DNA of 25,007 bases from positions 1 to 25,007 of the forward strand of contig JBFFSH010000037.1 in assembly GCA_041572575.1 (NCBI GenBank), given 5' to 3'. The position numbers and the translations under genes are program-made. Shown here piece by piece: positions 1 through 9,518 of this stretch; the stretch's first letter is position 1, and every line of letters starts with the position of its first letter. The notes under the pieces were generated by a model that saw only the letters and a list, made by a program, of their open reading frames with translations, ran no database searches and was not told the DNA's origin. Source of the stretch: Thermodesulfobacteriota bacterium. GTDB taxonomy: Bacteria; Desulfobacterota_D; UBA1144; Nemesobacterales; N074bin48.

Positions 1-32
1 AACCCTTAGGCAATGATTTTGCGGCCCATTTT

Positions 33-48
33 TTCAAATGGTGTGCCA
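33..48 (-). promoter_or_regulatory. Putative sigma54 (-24/-12) promoter firing leftwards out of the window
   Basis: Minus strand reads TGGCAC-ACCAT-TTGAA: perfect -24 element and exact spacing, but the -12 is TTGA rather than TTGC. An enhancer-like tandem repeat lies upstream at 181-218, across an AT-rich spacer. Confidence 0.45.
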
Positions 49-180
49 TTATCAGAAATTAATTTAATAAGTAATTCAATGCAAGTATAGTACAATTTTT
101 ATACCAATTACAACTTTTTTTTTTAATAATCTGTAATTATTCAATTTAATTAATCATGATTATGATCTGTCATATATATC

Positions 181-218
181 TGCGCATAACTGTTCACCTT
201 TTGCGCAGAAATGTGCAC
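181..218. promoter_or_regulatory. Tandem 17-bp imperfect direct repeat, candidate enhancer-binding-protein UAS
   Basis: TGCGCATAACTGTTCAC (181-197) and TGCGCAGAAATGTGCAC (202-218), 21-bp period, each semi-palindromic (TGCGC-N6-GTKCA). Confidence 0.45.
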
Positions 219-279
219 AGTAAAAAGGATTTCTTATGAGTTGAAGGAAAAACAGTACACATGAGCTCCTGACTGGTAT

Positions 280-450
280 TGACCTTCTCCCCGTAAACTG
301 CACCAGTCAAAAAGAGAAATCTGGCAAAATAACACTATTTAACAGGAGGTATATTTTGCCATGAGTAAGTCAAGATTTACTGAAGAACAGATAGCCTTTG
401 CTTTAAGACAGGCAGAGACAGGGACAAAGGTATCCGAGGTATGCAGGAAG
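280..450 (+). mobile_element. IS3-family (IS407 group-like) insertion sequence remnant: left inverted repeat plus 5' part of orfA
   Basis: Begins TGACCTTCTCCCC (IS407-group ends typically begin TGACCTGCCCC), followed by SD AGGAGG and an ORF reading MSKSRFTEEQIAFALRQAETGTKVSEVCRK; similarity stops at ~450. Confidence 0.8.
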
Positions 451-486
451 ACAACGGGGTACATATTGTCACCCCGTTCTCTATAA
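361..486 (+). pseudogene. Truncated IS3-family transposase OrfA (HTH_Tnp_1), 41 codons
   Basis: ATG at 361 to TAA at 484-486. The first 30 aa match the typical 'MKKSRFTEEQIxxxLRQAExGxxVxEVCRK' OrfA N-terminus; the expected 'xGISxATFYxWK' helix is replaced by unrelated sequence. Not in the supplied ORF track (<60 aa). Confidence 0.8.
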
Positions 487-732
487 TTCCAACTTAAAAC
501 CAGCTTGACAAAAGGGGAGCAGTACACTTCTGAGAAACTAGTATACTAGTAATCCACATAGAAAAGAGCAATATATCTACTTTGTTAGACATCGGAATTC
601 AGCCATTATTTATCAGGACTAATTGTTAAATTGATCATCTAATTTTTTGAAATTATGTGCAGAAAACTTCATGATTTCTTTCTGAGAATATTCTAAGAAC
701 CATTTGGAAAATAATGGTATTGAATGCAATTG

Positions 733-767
733 GTTACACTTGTTGCATAGAAAATTACAAGTGTAAC
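733..767. repeat. Perfect 11-bp inverted repeat with 13-nt spacer
   Basis: GTTACACTTGT (733-743) / ACAAGTGTAAC (757-767). Confidence 0.8.
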
Positions 768-824
768 TCATTGTAGATATTAGATTATCTAATGTTTATA
801 GGTGTTTAGCTCTTTTGTTCTTTT

Positions 825-870
825 CGGACTTCTAATCCGTAGGTCAGAGGTTCGAATCCTCTCGGGCGCG
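825..870 (+). pseudogene. 3' fragment of tRNA-Arg(TCT), probable att site of an integrative element
   Basis: CGGA-CTTCTAA-TCCG anticodon arm (anticodon TCT), variable region AGGTC, T arm AGAGG-TTCGAAT-CCTCT and 3' acceptor strand CGGGCGC+G. The upstream sequence lacks the complementary GCGCCCG 5' strand and a D arm; no CCA. Confidence 0.8.
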
Positions 871-1069
871 AAATATTATTCCATGATTGTGGGTGGATAG
901 AACCCCATATTAACACATAGATGGTGTTGTAATTTCTGGTGCCACAAAATTTGCTTTTACATATACCTGATTTATTAGATCAGATATCTGATTAATATTA
1001 CCCCTAAGCGATTTATAAATATGAACATATCTTATGGTTTTGTATCAATCTGTATTACCGGCAGTTTAC

Positions 1070-2116
1070 TTAACAAATCCTTGGAAGCTGCTCTCCGCTT
1101 ATCATATCTACAATGCGGTTTGTTCCCAGCAGGTTTTTCATTGTAACAACCGCCTGTGCATCGTCCTTAACAAATCCAATTATAGAACCCTCTCCATAAT
1201 TATTCATAATTTTTAGAGCCTTTTGAGCGTGCTTGGGGTTTACAAAAGCAATAAACCTGCCTTCATTTGCGACATGCATGGGATCAAGGCCCAGTATTTC
1301 ACATACTCCTCTTACCTCGTTACTTAATTTAATTGAAGCTTCTTCAATCTGTATATGAGTTTTTGATGCCTGTGAAATTTCTACTAAAGCGCTTGCTAGT
1401 CCACCTCGGGTTAAGTCTCTCATACAGTGAACATCTACGCCTTCACCTATAAGACTGGAAACCGGCTCACAGAGTGGAGCAGAATCACTCTGTATCTCAT
1501 TTTCGAATTCCAGTCCTTCTCTTAGGGTCATTATTGCTATGCCGTGTCTGGCAATATCACCATTTAATATTATAGCGTCTCCGGGGCTAACATTCGAAGG
1601 AGCAATACTGATGTTTGAATCTACGATCCCTATCCCGGAGGTGTTAATGTAAATCCCGTCACCTTTTCCTTTTTCAACCACCTTGGTGTCTCCGGTGACA
1701 ATCTGAACACCTGCAATTTCTGCCGATTCTTTTAATGAGCTAATAACTTTCCATAGAGTCTCTGTTGCAAACCCCTCTTCTATTATAAGCCCAATGCTTA
1801 TATAAAGCGGCTTAGCTCCGCACATGGAAAGATCGTTAACAGTTCCGTTTACAGCCAGTTTCCCAATATCTCCCCCCGGGAAGAAAAGAGGAGAAACGAC
1901 ATATGAATCAGTCGTAAATGCTATCTTGGTATTTTCAAAATTAACTATAGCGCCGTCGTGGCGGGCATTTAGGATGTTATTGTCAAAGGCCGGCAGAAAC
2001 ATCTTCTCTATAATATTGTTCATAAGCTTACCGCCTCCACCATGAGCAATTTGTATATTGGGGTATTGGTCGGTTGATATAGGGCAGGATAGTGAAAAAT
2101 CTTTAATTTTTCCCAT
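1070..2116 (-). CDS. hypE: Hydrogenase maturation carbamoyl dehydratase HypE
   Basis: [51 protein letters not shown] and the C-terminal PRIC motif. Confidence 0.98.
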   Translation of the reverse strand: MGKIKDFSLSCPISTDQYPNIQIAHGGGGKLMNNIIEKMFLPAFDNNILNARHDGAIVNFENTKIAFTTDSYVVSPLFFPGGDIGKLAVNGTVNDLSMCGAKPLYISIGLIIEEGFATETLWKVISSLKESAEIAGVQIVTGDTKVVEKGKGDGIYINTSGIGIVDSNISIAPSNVSPGDAIILNGDIARHGIAIMTLREGLEFENEIQSDSAPLCEPVSSLIGEGVDVHCMRDLTRGGLASALVEISQASKTHIQIEEASIKLSNEVRGVCEILGLDPMHVANEGRFIAFVNPKHAQKALKIMNNYGEGSIIGFVKDDAQAVVTMKNLLGTNRIVDMISGEQLPRIC

Positions 2117-2154
2117 AAGATTATTTTATTGATTTAGGTAATGTACAAATTAAT

Positions 2155-3246
2155 TCATACTTCTGCTTTTCTGTATTTATAGTAAGCGGCGCACGCCCCC
2201 TCGGATGATACCATTGTGGCTCCAAGTGGATGCTCCGGAGTACATTCCTTGCCAAAGGCAGAACACTCCAGTGGTTTTTTAACGCCCCTAAGAACAAGTC
2301 CGCTTATACAGTCTTTTGACTCTTCTGCTGAATAAGTTTCTAAATTGAAAATTTTTTCAGCATCATATTTCTCATATTTAATTTTAATTCCAAGACCGCT
2401 TCGTTCTATTTCTCCTATGCCTCTCCACTTTCTGGGTACTATTTCAAATACTTCTTCTATGATTTCTATAGCTTTCAAATTGCCGTCTTCTTTAACCGAC
2501 CTTTTATATTGATTTTCTACTTCATGCCTGCCTTCTTCGAGTTGTTTGATACACATGCAAATTCCCTGCAGAAGATCAAGAGGCTCAAACCCCGTGGCAA
2601 CGATAGGAACCTTGTATTTTTCTGCAATTGGAAAGTACTCTTTATATCCCATAATGGTACATACATGACCGGCTGCTAAAAATCCCTGCACCTTGTTATT
2701 CAAGGAAGATAGAATTGCTTCAATAGCCGGGGGCACAAGAACATGTGATACGAGGAGCGAGAAATTATCGATACCCCTATTGTAAGCCTGATACAGCGTC
2801 ATTGCTGTTGCTGGGGCGGTTGTCTCAAACCCTACTGCAAAAAAAACAATTTTTTTAGACGGATTATCTTTTGCAATCTTAAGACAGTCCAGAGGCGAGT
2901 ATACTATCCTAATATCTGCACCCTTTGCTTTTACCGACAGTAAATCTCCGGTAGTGCCGGGGACTCTAAGCATATCGCCAAATGAACAAAATATGACATT
3001 ATCCAGCAAAGCTATGGTAAGCGCCTTATCTATAAGCTCAACAGATGTAACGCATACTGGACATCCGGGGCCATGAAGCAGTTCAATTTTATCTGGAATA
3101 AGCTCGTCTAAACCGTATTTTACTATTGCATGTGTCTGCCCCCCGCAGACTTCCATAATAGTCCATTGCTTGGTTGTAATATCTTTTATTAAATTGCTGT
3201 ATCTGCGGGCAGAATCCGGATCGCGGTATTCGTCTATAAATTTCAT
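2155..3246 (-). CDS. hypD: Hydrogenase maturation protein HypD
   Basis: [25 protein letters not shown]-like AGHV and C-terminal Fe-S cysteines with [10 protein letters not shown]. Confidence 0.98.
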   Translation of the reverse strand: MKFIDEYRDPDSARRYSNLIKDITTKQWTIMEVCGGQTHAIVKYGLDELIPDKIELLHGPGCPVCVTSVELIDKALTIALLDNVIFCSFGDMLRVPGTTGDLLSVKAKGADIRIVYSPLDCLKIAKDNPSKKIVFFAVGFETTAPATAMTLYQAYNRGIDNFSLLVSHVLVPPAIEAILSSLNNKVQGFLAAGHVCTIMGYKEYFPIAEKYKVPIVATGFEPLDLLQGICMCIKQLEEGRHEVENQYKRSVKEDGNLKAIEIIEEVFEIVPRKWRGIGEIERSGLGIKIKYEKYDAEKIFNLETYSAEESKDCISGLVLRGVKKPLECSAFGKECTPEHPLGATMVSSEGACAAYYKYRKAEV

Positions 3247-3258
3247 CTATTTCCTATT

Positions 3259-3513
3259 TTATATTTCACCGTCTTTCAATTCACTGAGCTCATCAATTTC
3301 TCTTAGATATTCAAACACCTGATCGGCTTCTTTTTCATCAACCTGGCTTATTGCAAAACCCACATGAACCATAACGTAATTGTTCACATCAGCTTCGGGT
3401 ACGAATGACAGGTTTACTTCTTTTACAAGCCCTCCGAAACTTACTTTACCCCTCCTTGTTAATGGGGCGTTATCCGTAATTCCAATTATTTTTCCAGGTA
3501 TGGCTAGACACAT
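3259..3513 (-). CDS. hypC: Hydrogenase chaperone HypC
   Basis: N-terminal MCLAIP and YVMVHVGFAI motifs. Confidence 0.98.
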   Translation of the reverse strand: MCLAIPGKIIGITDNAPLTRRGKVSFGGLVKEVNLSFVPEADVNNYVMVHVGFAISQVDEKEADQVFEYLREIDELSELKDGEI

Positions 3514-3516
3514 ATC

Positions 3517-5829
3517 CTACTCCTTTTGCTCCATATTATATGACGCTCCTATTATTTGCCCTAGTGCTAATCCCCCGTCATTTGAAGGAATCATCTGGTT
3601 GTAGTAGGGGCGGAATCCCTCTTTCTTCAAGTGAATAATCGCACTTTCCAGCAGGTATTTATTTTGAAAACATCCTCCTGTAAGCACTACATTTTTTAAC
3701 TTAAAATAATTTGCAACCGATACAATAATATCAGTAAGCGTGTTGTGAAACTTTGCCGATATAATTCCTGCATGTGTCTTTGCTTTTAAATCATCTATTA
3801 TGCTTATAATCATTTGCTCCCAGTCTATTATTATAGATGATAAATCGGTATCAGGACATAGATTTAGTGAATAGTTGTATTTATACTCTGTCTTATGAGC
3901 TTCAGCAATAAATTCCATTTTCATGGCAGCCTGCCCTTCGAAATCATTAAAATGACAAAGACCCAAAATGGAGCTTACCGCATCGAACATTCTTCCTGCA
4001 CTCGATGTTGTATTAGTATTTATTTTTTTGCTCAGCGCAGATTTTAATATTCTCAGTTGCTGAATAGAAAAAGTTTTTGTGGGTTTAAGATCGTTCATCT
4101 TAAAAATTTCTTCTCCAAATATTTCATAAAGAATACCTATCGCAGCGCGTCTTGGTTCCTTTATAGCTTTTTCTCCGCCTGGAAGAGGAAAGGTTCTGAA
4201 ATGAGCTACCCTGTTATACGATCTATCACTGACACTTAGGAATTCGCCGCCCCAGATAGTTTTGTCATCACCATAACCTGTTCCATCCCAGCATACTCCC
4301 AGTGCAGTTTTTTCTATTTTGTTTTCTGCGATACAGCCTAATACATGTGCATAGTGGTGCTGAACAGGGATTACAGGCAAATTTCTAGTTTCAGCATATT
4401 GTGTAGACATATAACCCGGATGTTTGTCACAAGTAATTGATTTTGGATTAGAATCAAAAAGTTTTTCAAATGATTTTATCTCATCTTTAAAATTATTGAA
4501 TGCCTCTAAAGTTTCTAAATCGCCAATGTGCTGGCTCATATGTATATAATTTCCATTTGCAACAGAAAAAGTGTTTTTCAGATGACCACCAACGGCCAAT
4601 AGATCCGGCACCTTATTTTTGATATAAACTGAGTGTGGAGAGTAGCCTCTTGCTGACCGTATTACAGTTACTTTGTTCATAATCACCCTTGCAACAGAAT
4701 CATCGACTCGTCTTTTTATTGGTCTGTTATGAACCAGAAAAAGATCGGCAATTTCTCCCAGTCTTTCGAGCGCCTCGTTTTCATCTATACATATTGGTTC
4801 ATCAGAAATATTGCCGCTTGTGGCGACAACCGGTGTCCCAAGCTCTTCCATTATTATATGGTGAAGTGGGGTGTATGGCAGCATGATGCCAAGATAAGGA
4901 TTGTCTGGCGCTATCTCAGAAGGAAATTCATGAGACTTATTTTTAAGAAGTACAATTGGACTTTCATTTGAAGTGAGTAGGGTAGCTTCTTTTTTTGAAA
5001 CCCTGCAGTGAAGCTTAACAGTACCGAGAGTTGGAAACATCATTGCAAAAGGTTTGTGCTTTCTTTTTTTTCTCTTTCTTAATTTTAAAACAGCATCCCG
5101 ATTAAAAGCATCTGTTATCAGATGAAATCCGCCTAATCCTTTTAGAGCCACAATCCTTCCGTTTTGTATTTCTAATATAGCTTTATGTATAGCTTCATCT
5201 TTTAAGAACAGAGGGTTTCCCTTAGAGTCCCAAAGCTCAACAGCAGGTCCGCACTGTGCACAGCAGTTTGTTTGTGTGTGAAAACGCCTGCTTGAAGGGT
5301 CGTCATACTCTATACTACACTCCTTGCACATGCTGAAGTTTTTCATAGTTGTGTTCGCTCTGTCGTAAGGCATAGACTCTATAATGCTATAACGAGGCCC
5401 GCACACAGAACATGATGTGAAAGGATATAAATATCTGCGGTTATTGGGATCAAAAATTTCTGCGGTACAGTCAGTACAGGTAGCCATATCAGGCTGAACT
5501 AAAGTACTGTTGTTTGGAGTCATGGCGCTGGTGGCTATTTCAAAATCTTTATAGCCTCTATATTTTAGTTCTGCTTTCTCTATTTTTCGTATAACACAGT
5601 TTGGAAGTTCATCATTACTTAATTTCGTTAAAAGATCACAAATGTCTTTCACTCTGCCTTCAGCTTCAATTATGACTCCTTCTGTTGTATTTTTTACCCA
5701 GCCTCTAAGCCCAAGTTTTTTAGCAATCCTGAATACATATGGCCTCATGCCCACACCCTGCACGCGTCCGTATATTTTTATTTCCGTTCTTGTAAGCTTG
5801 TGATCCCGAGTAGCTTCTAAGTGATTAAT
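3517..5829 (-). CDS. hypF: Carbamoyltransferase HypF (start probably ATT at 5829; first canonical start is GTG at 5763)
   Basis: Acylphosphatase motif IKIYGRVQGVGMRP, two CxxC-x18-CxxC zinc fingers, KGLGGFHL, TSGN, HHYAH, DGTGYG and NDGGLALGQ. The frame is open upstream of 5763 to a TAG just 5' of AAA ACA ATT. Confidence 0.96.
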   Translation of the reverse strand: MNHLEATRDHKLTRTEIKIYGRVQGVGMRPYVFRIAKKLGLRGWVKNTTEGVIIEAEGRVKDICDLLTKLSNDELPNCVIRKIEKAELKYRGYKDFEIATSAMTPNNSTLVQPDMATCTDCTAEIFDPNNRRYLYPFTSCSVCGPRYSIIESMPYDRANTTMKNFSMCKECSIEYDDPSSRRFHTQTNCCAQCGPAVELWDSKGNPLFLKDEAIHKAILEIQNGRIVALKGLGGFHLITDAFNRDAVLKLRKRKKRKHKPFAMMFPTLGTVKLHCRVSKKEATLLTSNESPIVLLKNKSHEFPSEIAPDNPYLGIMLPYTPLHHIIMEELGTPVVATSGNISDEPICIDENEALERLGEIADLFLVHNRPIKRRVDDSVARVIMNKVTVIRSARGYSPHSVYIKNKVPDLLAVGGHLKNTFSVANGNYIHMSQHIGDLETLEAFNNFKDEIKSFEKLFDSNPKSITCDKHPGYMSTQYAETRNLPVIPVQHHYAHVLGCIAENKIEKTALGVCWDGTGYGDDKTIWGGEFLSVSDRSYNRVAHFRTFPLPGGEKAIKEPRRAAIGILYEIFGEEIFKMNDLKPTKTFSIQQLRILKSALSKKINTNTTSSAGRMFDAVSSILGLCHFNDFEGQAAMKMEFIAEAHKTEYKYNYSLNLCPDTDLSSIIIDWEQMIISIIDDLKAKTHAGIISAKFHNTLTDIIVSVANYFKLKNVVLTGGCFQNKYLLESAIIHLKKEGFRPYYNQMIPSNDGGLALGQIIGASYNMEQKE

Positions 5830-6091
5830 TGTTTTCTACCTCTACGGATTCTAGGACTATTTCCTGGGCAAGGGGATCATTCATGTCTTTTGAAATTATG
5901 AACTCAATCTCTGCATTTTCGGCAATGCTGCCATTTGAAAGCTCATAGAAATGTTCTTTGAAATGCTCAGGTGTAGTGTGGGATAGGGCACCTAGTTTAA
6001 TCTTAAAACTTTTTACTGTTTTAGCATCGTTTTCGTAAGCAATTGATTCTATTTTCTTTATTAGATTTTTTATAAGAGAGTGCTCATGCAT
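5825..6091 (-). CDS. hypA: Short HypA/HybF-like nickel metallochaperone lacking the zinc-binding domain (88 aa)
   Basis: N-terminal MHE nickel motif (ATG at 6091, overlapping the protease stop as ATGCATGA), V..F.I.LG.LS, GSIAENA.IE and C-terminal LESVEVE; no cysteines. Confidence 0.85.
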   Translation of the reverse strand: MHEHSLIKNLIKKIESIAYENDAKTVKSFKIKLGALSHTTPEHFKEHFYELSNGSIAENAEIEFIISKDMNDPLAQEIVLESVEVENN

Positions 6092-6578
6092 GTTGTGCTC
6101 CAAAATTATTAATTTCTTTAATTATTATGCCGGCGGTCTTATTAATATTTTTTTGAACCTTTTGAGAAAGAATATCACCATAAGAAAAATCCTTTCCTTC
6201 GATTCCGTAGACTATAAGAACTTCCGGAAGTTTGTCCAAAGCCCGCGCAAGCTCAACTGCATCAGCTATGCTAAATGAATGTGTTGAGTAATTGAATATA
6301 TCTTCAGTTAAAAGCGTTTGCTTAACATCAAACCGCTTAATTGCCCCAGCCTCAGCTCCTGAAGATATTGCATCCGCTATTATGACTATGTCATAACCTT
6401 TCCATGATTCGATGAGTCTTGTAGCTTCACCGTCTTGTTTTGATATTGCACACTTTCCCGCAGGAATAATCTGCTCGATCCGTTCTGCTATAAAAAGCCC
6501 TGCTCCGTCGTCACTCCTGTATTTATTTCCTATACCTATAAAAAGAATGTTTGAATTATTGCCTCGGTATTCGGTCAT
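6084..6578 (-). CDS. Hydrogenase maturation endopeptidase (HycI/HyhP-like)
   Basis: GIGNKYRSDDGAG, IIADA and STHSF motifs; immediately downstream of the large subunit. Confidence 0.95.
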   Translation of the reverse strand: MTEYRGNNSNILFIGIGNKYRSDDGAGLFIAERIEQIIPAGKCAISKQDGEATRLIESWKGYDIVIIADAISSGAEAGAIKRFDVKQTLLTEDIFNYSTHSFSIADAVELARALDKLPEVLIVYGIEGKDFSYGDILSQKVQKNINKTAGIIIKEINNFGAQHA

Positions 6579-6584
6579 GGTTTT

Positions 6585-7901
6585 TCATTCTCTATCTATA
6601 TCGAGTTTAAGAAAATGTGTCGCGCAGGAAATGCAGGGGTCGTAGTTTCTTATTGTTTGCTCACAGTGCCATGTAAGCTCTTTGTCGCTAAGGCTAATGT
6701 TGTTATCTACAAAATCGCACAAATCACTTTCTATTGTTTTTTGATTTTGTGAAGTCGGGGGTACAATCTTTGCATCCAATATACTGCCTTCTTTGTCCAT
6801 TTTATACCTGTGATAAAGAATACCCCTTGGAGCTTCGGTGCATCCAAAACCTGTGGACACCGACGGTTTTATTTCTAGTCTAGATTTTTCAGGCATTTCA
6901 TATTGATCTATGATTCGCAGCGCCTCATCGCATGCATACAGTATCTCGATGCTCCTTATTATTATGCTTTTGAATGTATTGTTGCATAGGGGTTCAAGCC
7001 CTGCATCCTTAGCAGTCTCTTTGGCAAGTGGTGAGAGCTTATCAAAATTAAGATTGTAACGGGCCATAGGGCCAACAAAGTATTCTCCCCTTCCTTTAAT
7101 AACCGAATGAAGGGCATTTGTGTATGAGATGTGTTGTTCTTCAAAATATTGATCATAATCGCTGGCCTCAATATCCATTCCCTTATTTGATACAATTCTG
7201 CCCTCGTTAATTGGATATTCATTGGGATGACTGAGGGCAACATATTCATAATCCCTATAAAAATCAGGGAATGTGAATTTAGATACCAATTGTACTGTTT
7301 GCATTGCATCATCTCTTGCTCGTTTGAGATCATCTTTAATTCCGATTAGTTCACTTTTCGTAGGCAGTTTATAAAAACCCCCAACGCATATATTTATTGG
7401 ATGAATTTCCCTTCCGCCAATAAGAGACATTAAGTCGTTTCCGATCTTTTTTAGCTTAAGTCCTCGAGCCACTTCCTTTGGATAGTCTTTTGCCATTTCG
7501 ATTGCGCTCTCGTAACCCAGAAAATCAGGCGCATGCAGCATATATACATGAAGCGTATGACTTGCAATCCACTCCCCGCAGTATATTAAACGTCTGAGGG
7601 CTCTCAGTTGTCCATCCACATTTATACCAAAGGCATTTTCCATGGCGTGACATGCGCTCATCTGATACGCAACCGGACATATACCGCAAATCCTGGCTGT
7701 TATATCGGGGGCTTCATCAAACCTTCGTCCCCGCAGAAGTGCTTCAAAGAACCGCGGCGGCTCAAATATTTTTAATTTTACATCTTTAACTTTATCATCT
7801 TTGACTTTTATATATAGAGCACCTTCACCCTCTACCCTTGCAAGGTAATCTACTTTTATCGTTTTAGTTTTGGACTTATTGCTAGTCTCTTTCTTTTTCA
7901 T
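6585..7901 (-). CDS. hydA: Group 3b [NiFe] hydrogenase (sulfhydrogenase-type) large/alpha subunit
   Basis: RVEGEG, L1 RICGICP, EAPRG and L2 DPCISCATH followed by the cleavable tail [12 protein letters not shown] at 7901 is preferred over GTG at 7910. Confidence 0.95.
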   Translation of the reverse strand: MKKKETSNKSKTKTIKVDYLARVEGEGALYIKVKDDKVKDVKLKIFEPPRFFEALLRGRRFDEAPDITARICGICPVAYQMSACHAMENAFGINVDGQLRALRRLIYCGEWIASHTLHVYMLHAPDFLGYESAIEMAKDYPKEVARGLKLKKIGNDLMSLIGGREIHPINICVGGFYKLPTKSELIGIKDDLKRARDDAMQTVQLVSKFTFPDFYRDYEYVALSHPNEYPINEGRIVSNKGMDIEASDYDQYFEEQHISYTNALHSVIKGRGEYFVGPMARYNLNFDKLSPLAKETAKDAGLEPLCNNTFKSIIIRSIEILYACDEALRIIDQYEMPEKSRLEIKPSVSTGFGCTEAPRGILYHRYKMDKEGSILDAKIVPPTSQNQKTIESDLCDFVDNNISLSDKELTWHCEQTIRNYDPCISCATHFLKLDIDRE

Positions 7902-8670
7902 AAAGCTCACTTTCTTTTAGAAATTCATCTGAATATGCATTAATACCCCTAAAAGCCCTCAATATATCTTCATTTTTTACACCCAGTGTTTTCCACTCTT
8001 TGCTCAGTGCCTTTGTGTTAGCAGTTTCCGTGGGTCCGAAACAACCATAGCAGCCCCTCAGATAAGAGGGGCATAAAGCTCCACAGCCAGCTTGTGTTAC
8101 CGGGCCCAGGCAAGGAGTACCATTAGCCACCATGACGCAAACATTACCCAGCATCTTGCACTCGATGCAGACACTGTGCGGCGCCGTGTTTGGTTTTCGT
8201 TTATTCAAAAATGCGCTAATTACTTCAATTAGCTGATACTTATTTATCGGACAACCACGAAGCTCAAAATCCACTCTTACATGATCTGCAATAGCGGTGG
8301 ATTTTTCCAGAGTTTGTATATATGATGGTATCGCATAAACAATAGAAATAAAATCTTTTACATCTTTAAAATTTCTAAGTGCCTGAATTCCACCTGCTGT
8401 AGCACATGCGCCAATTGTAATTAAATATTTTGAGCATTTTCTTACTTGCTGAATCCTTTTTAGATCTTTAGGCGTTGTTATTGAACCTTCAACAAGCGAT
8501 ATATCATAGGGGCCTTTTATTATTCTGCGGGAGGCTTCGGGAAAGTTTGCAATTTCAATCTCCCCCGCAACTCTAAGAAGTTCTTCTTCACAGTCTAACA
8601 AGCTAAGCTGACAGCCGTCACATGATGCAAACTTCCATACTGCAAGCTTTGGCTTTTGTTTGTCTGCCAT
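7882..8670 (-). CDS. hydD: Group 3b hydrogenase small/delta subunit
   Basis: ASCDGCQ, EGSI, GACA, GCP and distal Fe-S cysteines (CIEC, CLGP, CP..RGCYGC). Confidence 0.93.
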   Translation of the reverse strand: MADKQKPKLAVWKFASCDGCQLSLLDCEEELLRVAGEIEIANFPEASRRIIKGPYDISLVEGSITTPKDLKRIQQVRKCSKYLITIGACATAGGIQALRNFKDVKDFISIVYAIPSYIQTLEKSTAIADHVRVDFELRGCPINKYQLIEVISAFLNKRKPNTAPHSVCIECKMLGNVCVMVANGTPCLGPVTQAGCGALCPSYLRGCYGCFGPTETANTKALSKEWKTLGVKNEDILRAFRGINAYSDEFLKESELYEKERD

Positions 8671-8671
8671 T

Positions 8672-9511
8672 TTATAGCTCCCTTATGTTAAGCAGATTTT
8701 CAATGTTGCTATACTTAAACACTGGCCCGTCCTTACAGATAAAGTTTGGGCCGTATTGACAGCGTCCGCAAAATCCCACAGCACACTTCATATTACGTTC
8801 CATAGATAAATATATCATGTCTGCCCTTACGCCGCATTTTAGCAGTTCTGAAACCGAATATCTCATCATTATTTCCGGGCCGCAAATCATTGCCACGGTG
8901 CTTGCCGGATCAAATGCTGCTCTTGGGATAAGAGTCGTCACTACTCCTACATTGCCATGCCAGTTTTGCGAGTCATAATCAACGGTTATCTCCAATTCCA
9001 GATCAAAACGCCTGCGCCACTTTTGAAGTTCCCTTTTATATATAATGTCTTCTGAACTTCTGGTACCATAAAGCAGAGTTACTCTTCGGTAATTTTCTCT
9101 GCCAGAAATAATTTTATATATGACCGGCATGACTGGAGCAAGCCCTATACCACCGGCAACTATTACAAGATCATTTCCTTTAGCCTTCTCTATTGGCCAG
9201 CTGCTCCCATAGGGGCCTCTTATACCTACTGTATCTCCGCGTTTTAATCTGCTAATAGCACTGGTAACATTTCCTACACTGCGTATCGTATGCAAAACTG
9301 AATCTTGATCAGCCGGATCACCGGTAATAGAAATCGGCACTTCTCCAATACCGTATATATACATCATATTAAACTGTCCTGGAGAAAATCTAATTTTGGA
9401 TTTTATATCTTGGGGTAAAAGTTTTAATGTGAAGGTATCATGTGTTTCCCTTTTGATCCGATCGATGACATATAGCGTCGGTATAAATGGACTTTTAATT
9501 TTGTCTGGCAT
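8672..9511 (-). CDS. hydG: Group 3b hydrogenase gamma subunit (FAD/NAD(P)-binding with [2Fe-2S])
   Basis: [34 protein letters not shown] and [14 protein letters not shown]...CKDGPVF. Confidence 0.93.
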   Translation of the reverse strand: MPDKIKSPFIPTLYVIDRIKRETHDTFTLKLLPQDIKSKIRFSPGQFNMMYIYGIGEVPISITGDPADQDSVLHTIRSVGNVTSAISRLKRGDTVGIRGPYGSSWPIEKAKGNDLVIVAGGIGLAPVMPVIYKIISGRENYRRVTLLYGTRSSEDIIYKRELQKWRRRFDLELEITVDYDSQNWHGNVGVVTTLIPRAAFDPASTVAMICGPEIMMRYSVSELLKCGVRADMIYLSMERNMKCAVGFCGRCQYGPNFICKDGPVFKYSNIENLLNIREL

Positions 9512-9518
9512 AACAAGG

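Noticed and set aside
1..58. Minus-strand peptides MAHHLKKWAAKSLPKG (ATG 49) and ISDNGTPF (integrase-core-like motif)
   Set aside because: The first has no SD and overlaps the sigma54-like motif. The second frame stops within about 10 further codons and has no other transposase similarity. Neither can be supported from the window.
339..527. 62-aa minus-strand ORF in the track
   Set aside because: Antisense shadow of the IS3 orfA remnant.
795..870. Complete tRNA-Arg gene
   Set aside because: Although TAGCTC occurs at 807-812, there is no 5' acceptor strand complementary to CGGGCGC and no D stem; only the 3' half is present.
940..955. TGCCAC-AAAAT-TTGCT, a sigma54-like site on the plus strand
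   Set aside because: The invariant -24 GG is broken, and it would only transcribe antisense to hypE.
979..992. Perfect palindrome ATCAGATATCTGAT downstream of hypE
   Set aside because: Loopless and AT-rich with no adjacent gene start or U-tract; cannot be assigned as operator or terminator.
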